Shown here piece by piece: positions 9,558-19,663 of a stretch of 64,000 nt of DNA. A model generated the notes under the pieces. It did not search any database and was not told the DNA's origin. It was given only the letters and a program-made list of their open reading frames with translations. Every line of letters starts with the position of its first letter. The first letter of the stretch is position 1. The position numbers were made by a program, and so were the translations under genes. Source of the stretch: Bacteriovoracaceae bacterium (lineage in GTDB: Bacteria > Bdellovibrionota > Bacteriovoracia > Bacteriovoracales > Bacteriovoracaceae); the NCBI GenBank assembly GCA_046328975.1, contig JAXLVO010000011.1:6310-70309 (forward strand), written 5' to 3'.

Positions 9558-10985
9558 TTACTTTTTCTTCTTATTAATCTTTTGTGACTCTTTATAGTTT
9601 TTGAGCTTTTCAGCATCTTTTCCCTTTATGATGTCATCTAATTTTTTATCGACATCCTCTAGCTCTTCTACCAATTTCTTTTTTACACGTTCTTCTGATT
9701 TTACGATAGCATTGAACTCTTTTAAAGCAATCGAATCCTCTTTCACCATCAACTCACGCTTTGCTACCTCTTCTTTGGTCATACGATAGATAGGCATATC
9801 AGCAAGATAGTCACAGTAAGTGAACTCTTTCTTTTTTAAGTATTCTACGTAATCTTTTCGGTTAAGTGTTTTAGTTGCTACTTCATAATGTTTCTGTTTA
9901 ATAAAACGGATAATCTCATTACTTTGAATAATCTTATTTTGATATTCAATGGCCAGCAATTCATATCGCCGTTTAATGACTTGCAAACGACGTGCGGTGA
10001 AAACGTTAATAATCTCTTCTGGCATTTCAAAAATTCTAACTCCACGTTCATTAATGAGGGTGTAGTTAGGAACAATACTAGTAGAAGTCATTATTGTTTT
10101 TTGGATCTCTTCAAAAGTTGGAGTTTGTCCTTTTTTAAAGACCAGTTCGATTCTAATAAAATTATCTACACTGGAATCAATAAAATCTTTTAAAAAACCA
10201 CTCTCAATATGTTTTGAAAGATAATTATAAATTTTGGCCGCATCGTACCCACGTGGAAGTTCTGTAATAAAAAACTTCTCACCTTCAGCCTCAATTTTCA
10301 TAGGAAAGATAAAGCGACCTTTGTCATCCTGGGAGATTTCGCTATTAAAGTATCGAATAAATGGATAAACTTTTTTGGCCTTACCTTTATCTAATACGTT
10401 TATAATCGAACGAATAATATCTTTGTGGTCAAAACTAGGAATAACAGACGAAAAACCTGTTCCAATTCCTTCAGCGCCATTGAGTAGCATAATAGGGAGT
10501 TTAGGTAAAAGAAATTGAGGCTCCATAACTTTGTCATCGTAGTTCGGAGTCATAATAACTTGGTTCATATCATCAAAAAGTAAAACTTCCGCTATTTTAC
10601 CTAACTTACACTCAATATATCTGGCCGCCGCAGGAGAGGTCTCCATGCGCTCTCCAAAATACCCTTTTTTATCAATAAGTGGATAGTTATTAGTGAAAGT
10701 AAAATCTTGTGCCAGGTTAACAATACTTGATTCAATTGAAGCTGGACCATGGGGATGAAGTGTCAACACTAACCCCGTTGCCGCCGATACTTTCATCAAT
10801 CCCTTATTCTGATTTTTCCAGAGGGTGAAGAGAATTCTACGTTGAACCGGTTTTAATCCATCTTCTAAATAAGGAATGGCTCGATCCATTAGAGTATAAA
10901 TCTGATAATCACGATACTCTTTTTTTACAATTAACTCGAGTGGAATGGAGTCCATCGAGTGCAGTGTCTGCTCTTTATCGCTCAT
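9558..10985 (-). CDS. Type IIA DNA topoisomerase A subunit (GyrA/ParC breakage-reunion core only; no C-terminal beta-pinwheel domain)
   Basis: 475 aa. Motifs YTLMDRAIPYLEDGLKPVQRRILF, HPHGPASIESSIVNLAQDF and the catalytic-Tyr motif AARYIECKL. It ends in a coiled-coil and a Lys-rich tail (KINKKKK). Confidence 0.85.
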   Translation of the reverse strand: MSDKEQTLHSMDSIPLELIVKKEYRDYQIYTLMDRAIPYLEDGLKPVQRRILFTLWKNQNKGLMKVSAATGLVLTLHPHGPASIESSIVNLAQDFTFTNNYPLIDKKGYFGERMETSPAAARYIECKLGKIAEVLLFDDMNQVIMTPNYDDKVMEPQFLLPKLPIMLLNGAEGIGTGFSSVIPSFDHKDIIRSIINVLDKGKAKKVYPFIRYFNSEISQDDKGRFIFPMKIEAEGEKFFITELPRGYDAAKIYNYLSKHIESGFLKDFIDSSVDNFIRIELVFKKGQTPTFEEIQKTIMTSTSIVPNYTLINERGVRIFEMPEEIINVFTARRLQVIKRRYELLAIEYQNKIIQSNEIIRFIKQKHYEVATKTLNRKDYVEYLKKKEFTYCDYLADMPIYRMTKEEVAKRELMVKEDSIALKEFNAIVKSEERVKKKLVEELEDVDKKLDDIIKGKDAEKLKNYKESQKINKKKK

Positions 10986-11004
10986 GTGCTATTCCCTTTT
11001 ACTA

Positions 11005-12999
11005 CTATTTTTTCTTTTTCATTAATACGTTAGTTTCGTCACTTTTACCTTCGTCAAGCAGGAGCTCTTTTCTTAAATTTGACTCCTTTCCAAAGCAGAC
11101 CTCTAACATTCTTTTTGCATTTTCCATATTAGTCGCAGTAATTTTAGTGAAGTTGTCACGATTAACGACATATTTAAATGCCTCCACGGACATCTCCCCT
11201 AACCCTTTATTACGTTGGATCTCTTTAATTTTGGGGTGCTGTTTTTTTATCTGCTCTAACTCATTTTCCGATTCAGCAAAAAGTGTCTGTTTATCAGTAA
11301 TGACCTCAAAAAGTGGGGCCTTAGCAATTCGAATAATTCCCGCCTCAAACAGTTCTGGCCAATACTGAAAAAAGAAGTTGGTTAAAAGCGTATTAATGTG
11401 TCCGCCATCGACATCTGAGTCGGCAAGAAACACAATTTTAGAGTAGCGAAGATTTTCTAAATCGGCTTTTTGACCTAAGGTGAGTCCAATCGACGCCATG
11501 ATATCGAGTAGCTCTTGATTATTTAAAATATCTTTGATCGTCGCTTGCGAAATGTTGAGTGGTTTACCTTTAAGGGCAATTCCCCCCTGATAAAGTTTAT
11601 TTCTTGCACTTCGAAGACCACCAATCGCCGAATCCCCTTCGCAAATGAAGAGTGTACAGAGATTTCTATCTTTTCTTTCATTGGCATCTAGCAGTTTTTG
11701 CACCCGAATTTTTTTCTGTTTTTTACCTTGTACTTGCGCCTCTTTAAGCTCTTGTAACTGGTGGCGACTTTTCGCTCGCTCCATGACTAAATCTAGATAC
11801 TCTTTATTTTTACGGAAAAACTTCTCCATATTTTCGGCCATAAATTGATCTAAGGCCTTCTCTAAATTCGTATCACGTACAAGTTTTCGTTTAGTTTGCG
11901 ATTCAAAACGTGGGTTGGGCATGATCACGCCCACCACAAAAATTAGCCCTGCCAAAATGTCATTATCCACCAAGGAAAGCTTCTCTTTTTTAGTATTTCG
12001 CTCTAATTTATCTTTAATAAAATTCACAAAAGAGCGTTTAATCTTATCGTGGTGAAATCCACCATCAAAGGTTGGAGTTGAGTTAACAAACGAGATAAAT
12101 TTTTCGCGATCTTCAGATGTTTTATCTAGAGTGATCGCCACCATAGTATTAATCTTACCTTTGAACTTATTCTTTTTATGTTCAGTAATGCCTTCATAAA
12201 TATACTCTTCTTCACCAAGTAAATAACTAAATTCAGCACTCACTTTTTGTGCTAACTCAAAGAGACCTTTTTTAAAAACAAATTTTTCTCCATTAAAGAA
12301 GAAAATGAGTCCTGGATTATTGAAAGCTAAATCAATAATTCTCTTTCGAAGAAGATCTTTATCAATAGTATTATTTTTATAAACTTGTTTAGCGAGAGTT
12401 AGCTCAACACTTACCCCACTTGCCCCTTTAAAAGGTTTCGATTTGGTTTTAGTCTCTTTTAGCGCTCCATCGAAAAACTCATAGGTCTGTTGCATTTTAG
12501 AGTTATAATGTTTCACCGTAGATTTAAAATAGTCACTAGTTAAACAGGTGGCAGAAGCACCTAAGCCATTTTGCCCTAAAGTTCTAAAAAGAAATCCATT
12601 TTCATCTACATCTTCATCACGAAATTTTGAACCTGTTCTAAACTCAGTATAAACGCTCTTAATTTGAGTTAACGGAAAACCAATACCATTATCGGTAATC
12701 GTCACTTTTTTTCCATCATCACTTAAGGTGGTGTGAATTTCAGTTACATGGCCACGATAGAACTCATCAATACAGTTATCCAGAATCTCTTCAATCGCCT
12801 TGGATTTGGCCTGATGAAACTCTAGTTTTTTAAAAACAACCTTACCCTCTTTATCGTAAATATACGAATCAAGCTCTTCAATATCGTTACTACCAAAAAC
12901 CAGAGTTACCCGATTTCTGCAGTGCCAACGTTGGTCTTTACTCTCAATTTCGGCCTCTTTTACCTTGGCCCCTTTTCGCTTAACTACTTCAATTTCCAT
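11005..12999 (-). CDS. Type IIA DNA topoisomerase B subunit (GHKL ATPase + Toprim)
   Basis: 664 aa. Motifs EILDNCIDE, DNGIGFP, GQNGLGAS, Toprim LFICEGDSAIGG, ADSDVDGGHI and QRNKGLGEMS. It lies 19 bp upstream of the A subunit. Confidence 0.85.
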   Translation of the reverse strand: MEIEVVKRKGAKVKEAEIESKDQRWHCRNRVTLVFGSNDIEELDSYIYDKEGKVVFKKLEFHQAKSKAIEEILDNCIDEFYRGHVTEIHTTLSDDGKKVTITDNGIGFPLTQIKSVYTEFRTGSKFRDEDVDENGFLFRTLGQNGLGASATCLTSDYFKSTVKHYNSKMQQTYEFFDGALKETKTKSKPFKGASGVSVELTLAKQVYKNNTIDKDLLRKRIIDLAFNNPGLIFFFNGEKFVFKKGLFELAQKVSAEFSYLLGEEEYIYEGITEHKKNKFKGKINTMVAITLDKTSEDREKFISFVNSTPTFDGGFHHDKIKRSFVNFIKDKLERNTKKEKLSLVDNDILAGLIFVVGVIMPNPRFESQTKRKLVRDTNLEKALDQFMAENMEKFFRKNKEYLDLVMERAKSRHQLQELKEAQVQGKKQKKIRVQKLLDANERKDRNLCTLFICEGDSAIGGLRSARNKLYQGGIALKGKPLNISQATIKDILNNQELLDIMASIGLTLGQKADLENLRYSKIVFLADSDVDGGHINTLLTNFFFQYWPELFEAGIIRIAKAPLFEVITDKQTLFAESENELEQIKKQHPKIKEIQRNKGLGEMSVEAFKYVVNRDNFTKITATNMENAKRMLEVCFGKESNLRKELLLDEGKSDETNVLMKKKK

Positions 13000-13144
13000 G
13001 CTTTTTCCTTAATAACTGTCTAAAAATTCCCATTAACGCAATTATTCTTGTAATATAATTAAAATTAAATTTTCTAAAAATTCAAGGAGAAAAAAATTTG
13101 ACGCAAAAGTTTTTATTTTACACATTCCTCTTTTTTGCGCTTTT

Positions 13145-13729
13145 TTGCTAGAAAATGGCACTCCATTTTTTTCATTATGGGCAAAATCCATTCAAAATAG
13201 CAACACACTTTTATTAAATGTTTCTGAAAATGAACTCAAAGAATTAAAAAAAGGAAATATTATAACCAATCTTGATGTTTCAACTTTAGAAAATAAAACT
13301 AAGCAGAATTTAAATTTTCTTATAAAAGGAATGCATCCTAATAATTGTTCAACAGCACTAAGAAAACTCTCTCTCTATGAGCAATTTAGCACATTTTTAG
13401 ATTTTGTTAAACAGAGTTACTATCATGAACCATCACAAGTCTTAACTTTTCATCTTGATTCACCTATTTTACCAATTCCATTTATATTAACCTTTAAACT
13501 TCCCCGAATAACGAAAGAAGGAATTTATCCTTTTAACTTTGAAATAGGAATGTTTAAAGGTTTACAGGGACAGATCATTATTGACGAATTTGATAATCGT
13601 TGTATTTTTTTAACCTCTGCTCACTGGGAAGGCCCCCATACTGGATTCAACGAAACACTTATTGAGGTTTTTGCTTCAACCCTCGCAAAACTTGGTATGG
13701 AAAAATTAATTCGTATTAGCCGCTTTTAA
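13145..13729 (+). CDS. Hypothetical protein; probably starts at TTG 13098 with a signal peptide, separated by a T-run frameshift
   Basis: 194-aa ORF. Upstream, AAGGAGA (13084-13090) plus TTG 13098 encodes MTQKFLFYTFLFFALF in the +1 frame. One extra T in the T6 run near 13140 would fuse the two frames. Confidence 0.5.
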   Translation: MLENGTPFFSLWAKSIQNSNTLLLNVSENELKELKKGNIITNLDVSTLENKTKQNLNFLIKGMHPNNCSTALRKLSLYEQFSTFLDFVKQSYYHEPSQVLTFHLDSPILPIPFILTFKLPRITKEGIYPFNFEIGMFKGLQGQIIIDEFDNRCIFLTSAHWEGPHTGFNETLIEVFASTLAKLGMEKLIRISRF

Positions 13730-14067
13730 GGTTTTTCAAAGAGGCAAAAATCTTTACGTTTAGGTAGCGTTACTTGGCGATTCTGTTCAGCTAGACATGC
13801 TTCAACCGAAGAAAATACTTTTAATGGAGCACAGGGAAGATTAAGAAATTTTTTAATACGATAATCATTGCGCTCTTTTTGACATTTTTCATAATTCATT
13901 TTATCAACACAGACCCAATGTTTATTATTACAATCATAAATTAGAGCTGAGCCCTGATAATAATTAATGGATAATCTTTTACCACGTTCATCATCAATTA
14001 CGTTTTGTGCAAAACTTAATTGAAGCTCAAATAAAAAATAGAGAACTGTTGTTAAATTTTTTACCAT
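13726..14067 (-). CDS. Small hypothetical secreted Cys-containing protein
   Basis: 113-aa ORF with an N-terminal hydrophobic signal-like segment and 6 Cys. There is no SD; the ATG directly follows the upstream terminator U-tract. Confidence 0.45.
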   Translation of the reverse strand: MVKNLTTVLYFLFELQLSFAQNVIDDERGKRLSINYYQGSALIYDCNNKHWVCVDKMNYEKCQKERNDYRIKKFLNLPCAPLKVFSSVEACLAEQNRQVTLPKRKDFCLFEKP

Positions 14068-14097
14068 AAAAAAAGGGGAAGCTTTAAACTTCCCCTT
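14068..14097 (-). terminator. Rho-independent terminator after the Gly/His-rich gene
   Basis: On the minus strand: AAGGGGAAG, loop, CTTCCCCTT, followed by a U-tract (A-run 14068-14074 on the plus strand). Confidence 0.65.
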
Positions 14098-14112
14098 CTA
14101 TTATAGCATAGA

Positions 14113-14946
14113 CTATCGTTCGATTACTACCCCTACAGTAGAAACGTAGAAGGCACCTAGAACTCTTATACGTAAAGAGTCGATTTCAATACCATTACGG
14201 TTGCCATAGTTGGATAATCTAAAAGAGTATTCTCTTAGATCAGATGAAACTTGAAGGCTTTGGCCAGTTACCTGATCATTGATTTCAAGTTGAGCAATGC
14301 CGTTTCCAAATAGTGTTCGCGCTTGAAATTTAACTTCGTAAATCTCTTTGCCATATTTACTATTATTAAGTCCTAAGGCCGACTTAATTGAAACTGTTCC
14401 ATTTCCAACTAAAGTTTGGTTAACAAAAGTTTGTAAATACTCTGTATAGTATCCACCATTTCCTGGATATGGATAAGGATTTGGAGCTGGATATGGGTAC
14501 GGATTTGGATATGGATTAGGTCTTGGATATGGTGCTGGAACTGGAACCGGCACTGGTACAGGATATGGTCTTGGATATGGGTTATAGCCGCCATGTCCGT
14601 ATCCACCTCGACCATGGCCCCAACCACCACGGCCATGATCTCCGTGACCTGGTCCTCCATGTCCACCTCGACCATGATCATCTCCTCGTCCAGGTCCACC
14701 ATGTTCACCTATACCAGGAGCAGATCCACCCCCAAACACTGGACCAGGAGCAGGAGCACTACCTCCACCGGCACCAGGACCAGGCCGTGTTCCACCACTT
14801 CCACCCATACCGGGTCGTGCCCCACTATTTCCACCTCGACCGGCCATATCAGCAAATGCTGGCATAACTAAAGTCACTAAGCTTGCAGCAACCACAATTT
14901 TCATGCCGATTCGCTGTGACATTGACACTTTTTTTGAATGTTCCAT
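14113..14946 (-). CDS. Secreted low-complexity protein: Gly/His-rich block, then Pro/Tyr (PYP/NPYP) block, then a globular C-terminal domain of about 110 aa
   Basis: 277-aa ORF with a signal peptide (..VTLVMPAFA). Low-complexity blocks read GHGGPGHGDHGRGGWGHGRGGYGHGGY and then NPYPRPYPVPVPVPVPAPYPRPNPYPNPYPYPAPNPYPYP. The region is a local GC-rich island. Confidence 0.7.
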   Translation of the reverse strand: MEHSKKVSMSQRIGMKIVVAASLVTLVMPAFADMAGRGGNSGARPGMGGSGGTRPGPGAGGGSAPAPGPVFGGGSAPGIGEHGGPGRGDDHGRGGHGGPGHGDHGRGGWGHGRGGYGHGGYNPYPRPYPVPVPVPVPAPYPRPNPYPNPYPYPAPNPYPYPGNGGYYTEYLQTFVNQTLVGNGTVSIKSALGLNNSKYGKEIYEVKFQARTLFGNGIAQLEINDQVTGQSLQVSSDLREYSFRLSNYGNRNGIEIDSLRIRVLGAFYVSTVGVVIER

Positions 14947-15128
14947 AATTTAACCTCCACCCTTTTTTTAAAGAATCCTCTCTTTCTAAATTAATATCCA
15001 TCCTAGATTAGAGCATGCTCAAGCAAATTGAGTGCCAATAAAACCGTTACAAAATTGACAAAAAAGGTTAGAATGGAATCTAATTGACACTAAAATGCAT
15101 AATAGCAAAATGCATTAATGGGGCCATA

Positions 15129-16880
15129 ATGTTTTTAATGCATGACGATATAAAAAAAGAGATTGCGCAAAAATTAAGAAAAATAATTTTAGAACAGTTT
15201 CAAATTAATCTAGAAGATTCTGAGATTTATAAGCTAGTGACACCAACTCCAGACGATACTATGGGAAATTATGCCTTTCCCTGTTTTCAATTAAGTAAAG
15301 TCTTAAAAAAAGCACCTCCTAAAATTGCTGAAGAGTTAAAACTATTTTGGGGAGAAAATTCCCATTTTATTGCTAAAAATTTTGGTCCCTACTTAAATTT
15401 TTATATTGAAAATCAGTTTATCGGGCAAACAGTTTTTGAAAAAATTTTTGATGGAAGTTATTTCAAAATAAAACTTACCCAAGCAACACCTAAAACTATG
15501 ATTGAATATTCTCAACCTAATACGCATAAAGAGCTGCATGTAGGACATATGAGAAATTTATGCTTAGGCAATGCTTTAGTTAAAATGCATCGCTACTGCT
15601 CATATAATATTATAAGTACCACTTACCCAGGTGATATTGGAACCCATGTTGCAAAAACATTATGGTATTTAAAAAAATATAATCAAGAACCAATTCCAAC
15701 CCATCACAAAGGTGCTTGGCTGGGAAAAATTTATACTAAATCCTATTTAAAGCTCGAGGATGAAAAAGGGACTCCGTCAGAACAAAAAAACCGTGAAGAG
15801 TTAACTCAAATTTTAAAAGATTTAGAAAATAAAAACTCAGAAAATTATAAACTCTGGAGAGAAACTAGAGAATGGTCAATTACTTTAATGAAGGATGTTT
15901 ATAAATGGGCCAACGTTGAATTTGACCAATGGTATTTTGAATCTGACGTTGATGAAGCAAGTCTTAAACTTGTTTATGAGTATTTAGAGAAAGGACTTTT
16001 TATTAAAGATGATGGCGCCATTGGAATGGATCTTTCCAAAGATAATTTAGGCTTTTGTTTATTAATAAAATCTGATGGCCATGGCCTTTACGCTACCAAA
16101 GATTTAGAGCTTGCACGACGAAAATTTCAGGATCTAAAAATTGACCATAGTATTTATGTAGTCGACACAAGACAATCACTTCATTTCAAACAAGTATTTA
16201 AAACATTAGAGTATATGGGTTTTCCTCAAGCCAAACAGTGTTTTCACTTGGCCTACGATTTTGTGGAATTACCTGACGGGGCCATGAGTTCTCGTAAGGG
16301 AAACATTGTGCCACTCCAAGAACTAATTTCCAATATGGAAGCAACTATTAAAAAAGATTATCTCGAGCGCTATCGTGGCAATTGGAGTGATCTTGAAATT
16401 GATCAAACCGCCCAAACAGTAGCTATTGGAGCTATCAATTATGGGATGTTAAAAATTGATCCCAATAAAAAAATTGTATTTGATATGAAAGAGTGGCTTA
16501 AACTTGATGGTGAATCTGGCCCCTATTTACAATATGTTTACGCCAGAATTAACTCACTTCTCACCAAAATAGAGAGTTCTAATTTAGAAAAATGTAACTG
16601 GAATGTGCTCACTCAAAATGTTGAAAAACAACTTCTCTTTAAACTTACCTATTTTAATCATATCGTACAATTAAGTGTAGAGCAGTATAAGCCTAGTTAT
16701 GTCTGTACTTATCTCTATGATGTAGCAAAGCTCTTCAACCATTTTTATGCTGAATGCTCTATTCAAAATGCTAAAAGTGCTGAGATTAAAGTTGCTCGAA
16801 TCCACTTATCGCGTGCTGTTAGTCTGATTATTAAAAATGGACTTGCTCTGCTGGGAATCCCAGTTCCCTCAAGAATGTAG
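15129..16880 (+). CDS. argS: Arginine--tRNA ligase
   Basis: HIGH-type motif HVGHMRN, KMSK-type motif MSSRKG, and a C-terminal DALR anticodon-binding-like region. The ORF opens at 15084, but the first ATG (15129) is preferred; the exact start is uncertain. Confidence 0.9.
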   Translation: MFLMHDDIKKEIAQKLRKIILEQFQINLEDSEIYKLVTPTPDDTMGNYAFPCFQLSKVLKKAPPKIAEELKLFWGENSHFIAKNFGPYLNFYIENQFIGQTVFEKIFDGSYFKIKLTQATPKTMIEYSQPNTHKELHVGHMRNLCLGNALVKMHRYCSYNIISTTYPGDIGTHVAKTLWYLKKYNQEPIPTHHKGAWLGKIYTKSYLKLEDEKGTPSEQKNREELTQILKDLENKNSENYKLWRETREWSITLMKDVYKWANVEFDQWYFESDVDEASLKLVYEYLEKGLFIKDDGAIGMDLSKDNLGFCLLIKSDGHGLYATKDLELARRKFQDLKIDHSIYVVDTRQSLHFKQVFKTLEYMGFPQAKQCFHLAYDFVELPDGAMSSRKGNIVPLQELISNMEATIKKDYLERYRGNWSDLEIDQTAQTVAIGAINYGMLKIDPNKKIVFDMKEWLKLDGESGPYLQYVYARINSLLTKIESSNLEKCNWNVLTQNVEKQLLFKLTYFNHIVQLSVEQYKPSYVCTYLYDVAKLFNHFYAECSIQNAKSAEIKVARIHLSRAVSLIIKNGLALLGIPVPSRM

Positions 16881-17022
16881 TTTGAATAATCAAACACTTA
16901 AAATAAGTCTAAATTTAACTTATTTCTCTTTTCAAACTCTATTTACTTAAGCTAATATGGGGCAAATTTAATAAATAGGTCAAAATTGTTCCTATATTAA
17001 CTATTTTAAATTATTGGATTTT

Positions 17023-17472
17023 ATGATTAAAATTTCCAGGAAAATGGAATATTCACTGATGGCACTTCAATACATTCGTAAGAATGGTGAGAGTAAATGG
17101 GTCAGTACTCGTGAAATTTGTTCAACGCTAGGTGTCCCTTTCGATACTATGTCAAAAGTTATGCAACTTATGCATCTTCACGGCATCATTGAATCAGGTC
17201 GCGGAGTAAAGGGGGGTTATCAACTTTCAAAAAATCTCTCAACTATAAGTTACGCAACTCTCAATGAGATTATTGAACAGGAAGAGAACCAAGAAAGCAG
17301 TGGCTGTTTCAAGCAGTGCGATTTGAGCGAACAGTGTATTATTAAAGATCCCATTCTAAAATTAAATAGTAAATTACTTAGTTTTTTTCAGAATATAACA
17401 ATTGGCGAACTACTCACTTGGGAAGCCTCTGAGTATTTGGGCCAAGAAGGTACATACCATGACATCCAATAA
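17023..17472 (+). CDS. Rrf2-family transcriptional regulator (IscR/SufR-like) heading the suf operon
   Basis: [18 protein letters not shown] is an Rrf2 wHTH N-terminus. A three-Cys cluster, [11 protein letters not shown], is present. The 3' end overlaps the sufB start by 14 nt. Confidence 0.8.
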   Translation: MIKISRKMEYSLMALQYIRKNGESKWVSTREICSTLGVPFDTMSKVMQLMHLHGIIESGRGVKGGYQLSKNLSTISYATLNEIIEQEENQESSGCFKQCDLSEQCIIKDPILKLNSKLLSFFQNITIGELLTWEASEYLGQEGTYHDIQ

Positions 17473-18904
17473 TAAAAATACACTAATAGAAGATAACAAC
17501 TATAAATATGGTTTTACCTCTAATATTGAAACCGAAGAGTTCCCTAAAGGACTTAATGAAAACGTAATTAGACTTTTGTCATCGAAAAAAAATGAGCCAG
17601 ATTGGTTACTCGAATTTCGATTGAAAGCTTTTCGCCATTTTGAAAAACAGGTAGCGCCTAAATGGCAACACTTAAAAATTGATGAGATTAACTTACAAGA
17701 TATCTATTACTATTCAGCACCTAAATCATTAGCAAAAAAATATAATAGTTTAGATGAAGTCGATCCTGAACTTTTAAAAACTTTTGAAAAATTAGGTGTC
17801 CCGCTGTCTGAGCGAAAACGCTTGGCCGGAGTGGCGATCGATGCGGTTTTTGATAGTGTTTCAGTGGGAACCACTCACCAAGAAGAGTTAAGTAAAGTGG
17901 GTGTAATCTTCTGTTCCATTAGTGAAGCTGTTCACAAACACCCTGATTTAGTGAAAAAATATTTAGGGACAGTTGTTCCCTATTCAGATAACTATTTTGC
18001 TGCCTTAAACGCAGCGGTATTTACTGACGGTTCATTTTGTTACATACCAAAAGGTGTGCGATGCCCGTTAGATTTATCAACCTATTTTAGAATTAATGCT
18101 AAAGAGAGTGGCCAGTTTGAACGAACCTTAATTGTTGCCGACGAAGGTAGTTACGTAAATTATCTTGAAGGATGTACAGCTCCTCAGCGAGATGAAAATC
18201 AACTCCACGCTGCCATTGTAGAATTAGTGGCATTTGATAATGCTGAAATTAAATACTCCACTGTACAAAACTGGTACGCTGGGGACAAAAATGGTGTGGG
18301 TGGTATTTATAATTTTGTTACCAAAAGAGGAAATTGTTTAGGCGTTAACTCTAAAATCTCATGGACACAAGTTGAAGCCGGCTCAAGTATAACTTGGAAA
18401 TATCCAAGTTGTAATTTGATTGGCGATAACTCTGTCGGTGCTTTTTACTCAGTTGCAGTTACTAGTAACTGTATGCAAGCTGATACTGGAACTAAAATGG
18501 TACATATTGGAAAAAATACCAAGAGTACAATTGTTTCAAAAGGTATTTCGACTAATAACTCAATTAATAGTTATCGTGGCTTAGTCAAGATCATGCCTGG
18601 AGCAAGTAATGCCCGAAACTATACACAATGTGATTCAATGTTAATTGGTGAAGAGTGCAGTGCTAACACTTTTCCGTATATCAATGTAAAAAATAATACA
18701 GCCGTTGTTGAACATGAAGCTTCAACTTCAAAAATTAGTTTAGACCAGATCTTTTATTTAAAGAGTCGTGGTATTAGCGCGGAAAAAGCTGTGTCACTAA
18801 TCATCAATGGTTTTTGTAAAGAGGTATTTAAGACGTTACCACTTGAGTTTAGTGTGGAAGCGGTAAAATTAATAGAAATGAAACTTGAAAATTCAGTAGG
18901 ATAA
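17459..18904 (+). CDS. sufB: Fe-S cluster assembly protein SufB
   Basis: Length and sequence are typical of SufB ([35 protein letters not shown]). The ATG at 17459 is preferred over the longer track ORF. Confidence 0.9.
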   Translation: MTSNNKNTLIEDNNYKYGFTSNIETEEFPKGLNENVIRLLSSKKNEPDWLLEFRLKAFRHFEKQVAPKWQHLKIDEINLQDIYYYSAPKSLAKKYNSLDEVDPELLKTFEKLGVPLSERKRLAGVAIDAVFDSVSVGTTHQEELSKVGVIFCSISEAVHKHPDLVKKYLGTVVPYSDNYFAALNAAVFTDGSFCYIPKGVRCPLDLSTYFRINAKESGQFERTLIVADEGSYVNYLEGCTAPQRDENQLHAAIVELVAFDNAEIKYSTVQNWYAGDKNGVGGIYNFVTKRGNCLGVNSKISWTQVEAGSSITWKYPSCNLIGDNSVGAFYSVAVTSNCMQADTGTKMVHIGKNTKSTIVSKGISTNNSINSYRGLVKIMPGASNARNYTQCDSMLIGEECSANTFPYINVKNNTAVVEHEASTSKISLDQIFYLKSRGISAEKAVSLIINGFCKEVFKTLPLEFSVEAVKLIEMKLENSVG

Positions 18905-18907
18905 TTT

Positions 18908-19663
18908 ATGTTAGAAATTAAAAATTTACATGCAGAAATTAATGGTCGGGAAATTTTAAAAGGGTGTAACTTTACGGTTAAGCCAGGAGAAGTTCATGCT
19001 ATCATGGGACCAAATGGTTCTGGAAAGAGTACTTTATCTAAAGTGATCGCAGGTCACCCAAGTTACCTCGTTACCAGTGGAGAAATTGATTTTGATATTA
19101 ATCTTAAAAAAACCAATCTTGTCGACATGGATCCTGAGACGAGAGCACAAAATGGAATCTTTTTAAGTTTTCAATATCCAGTTGAAATCCCAGGTGTGAC
19201 TAATTTACTCTTCTTACAAGAATCATTTAATAGCATCTGTGCACATCAAGGGATTGAACCCATGGATGTCTATGACTTTAATGATCTACTTAAACAGAAG
19301 CTAAAAATTTTAGAGATGGATGAGAGTTTTATTCACCGATCATTAAATGAAGGATTCTCCGGTGGAGAGAAAAAGAAAAACGAGATACTTCAAATGTTAC
19401 TCTTAAATCCACGGGTGGCACTTCTTGATGAGACTGATTCAGGATTAGATATAGATGCTTTAAAAATTGTTGCCAAAGGAATTAACACTTTTAAAAGTAA
19501 ATACAATTCAGTCATTTTAATTACCCACTACCAACGTCTACTTGATTATGTTGTGCCTGATTTTGTTCACGTTTTTCATGATGGAAAAATTATAAAAAGC
19601 GGAACTAAAGAGTTAGCGTATGAACTAGAGAAAAAAGGTTATGACTGGGTTGTAAATTTATGA
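18908..19663 (+). CDS. sufC: Fe-S cluster assembly ATPase SufC
   Basis: Walker A GPNGSGKST, ABC signature FSGGEKKK, Walker B LLDETDSGLD. Confidence 0.9.
   Translation: MLEIKNLHAEINGREILKGCNFTVKPGEVHAIMGPNGSGKSTLSKVIAGHPSYLVTSGEIDFDINLKKTNLVDMDPETRAQNGIFLSFQYPVEIPGVTNLLFLQESFNSICAHQGIEPMDVYDFNDLLKQKLKILEMDESFIHRSLNEGFSGGEKKKNEILQMLLLNPRVALLDETDSGLDIDALKIVAKGINTFKSKYNSVILITHYQRLLDYVVPDFVHVFHDGKIIKSGTKELAYELEKKGYDWVVNL

Noticed and set aside
9558-12999. T4-like topoisomerase pair as a remnant of a prophage
   Set aside because: No structural, lysis or replication phage genes occur within 10 kb on either side. Composition and codon style match the surrounding genes. It is kept as a chromosomal feature of interest instead.
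14400-14870. GC-rich island as horizontally acquired DNA, or a collagen-like protein
   Set aside because: The GC excess is fully explained by Gly/Pro/His/Arg codons of the low-complexity segment. There is no strict G-X-Y triplet periodicity, and the flanks have native composition.
14409-14871. Three ORFs (14409..14708 minus, 14523..14867 plus, 14593..14871 plus) overlapping the Gly/His/Pro-rich gene
   Set aside because: They are alternative-frame or antisense readings of a GC-rich low-complexity repeat, which suppresses stop codons in all frames. They have no signal peptide, SD or independent support.
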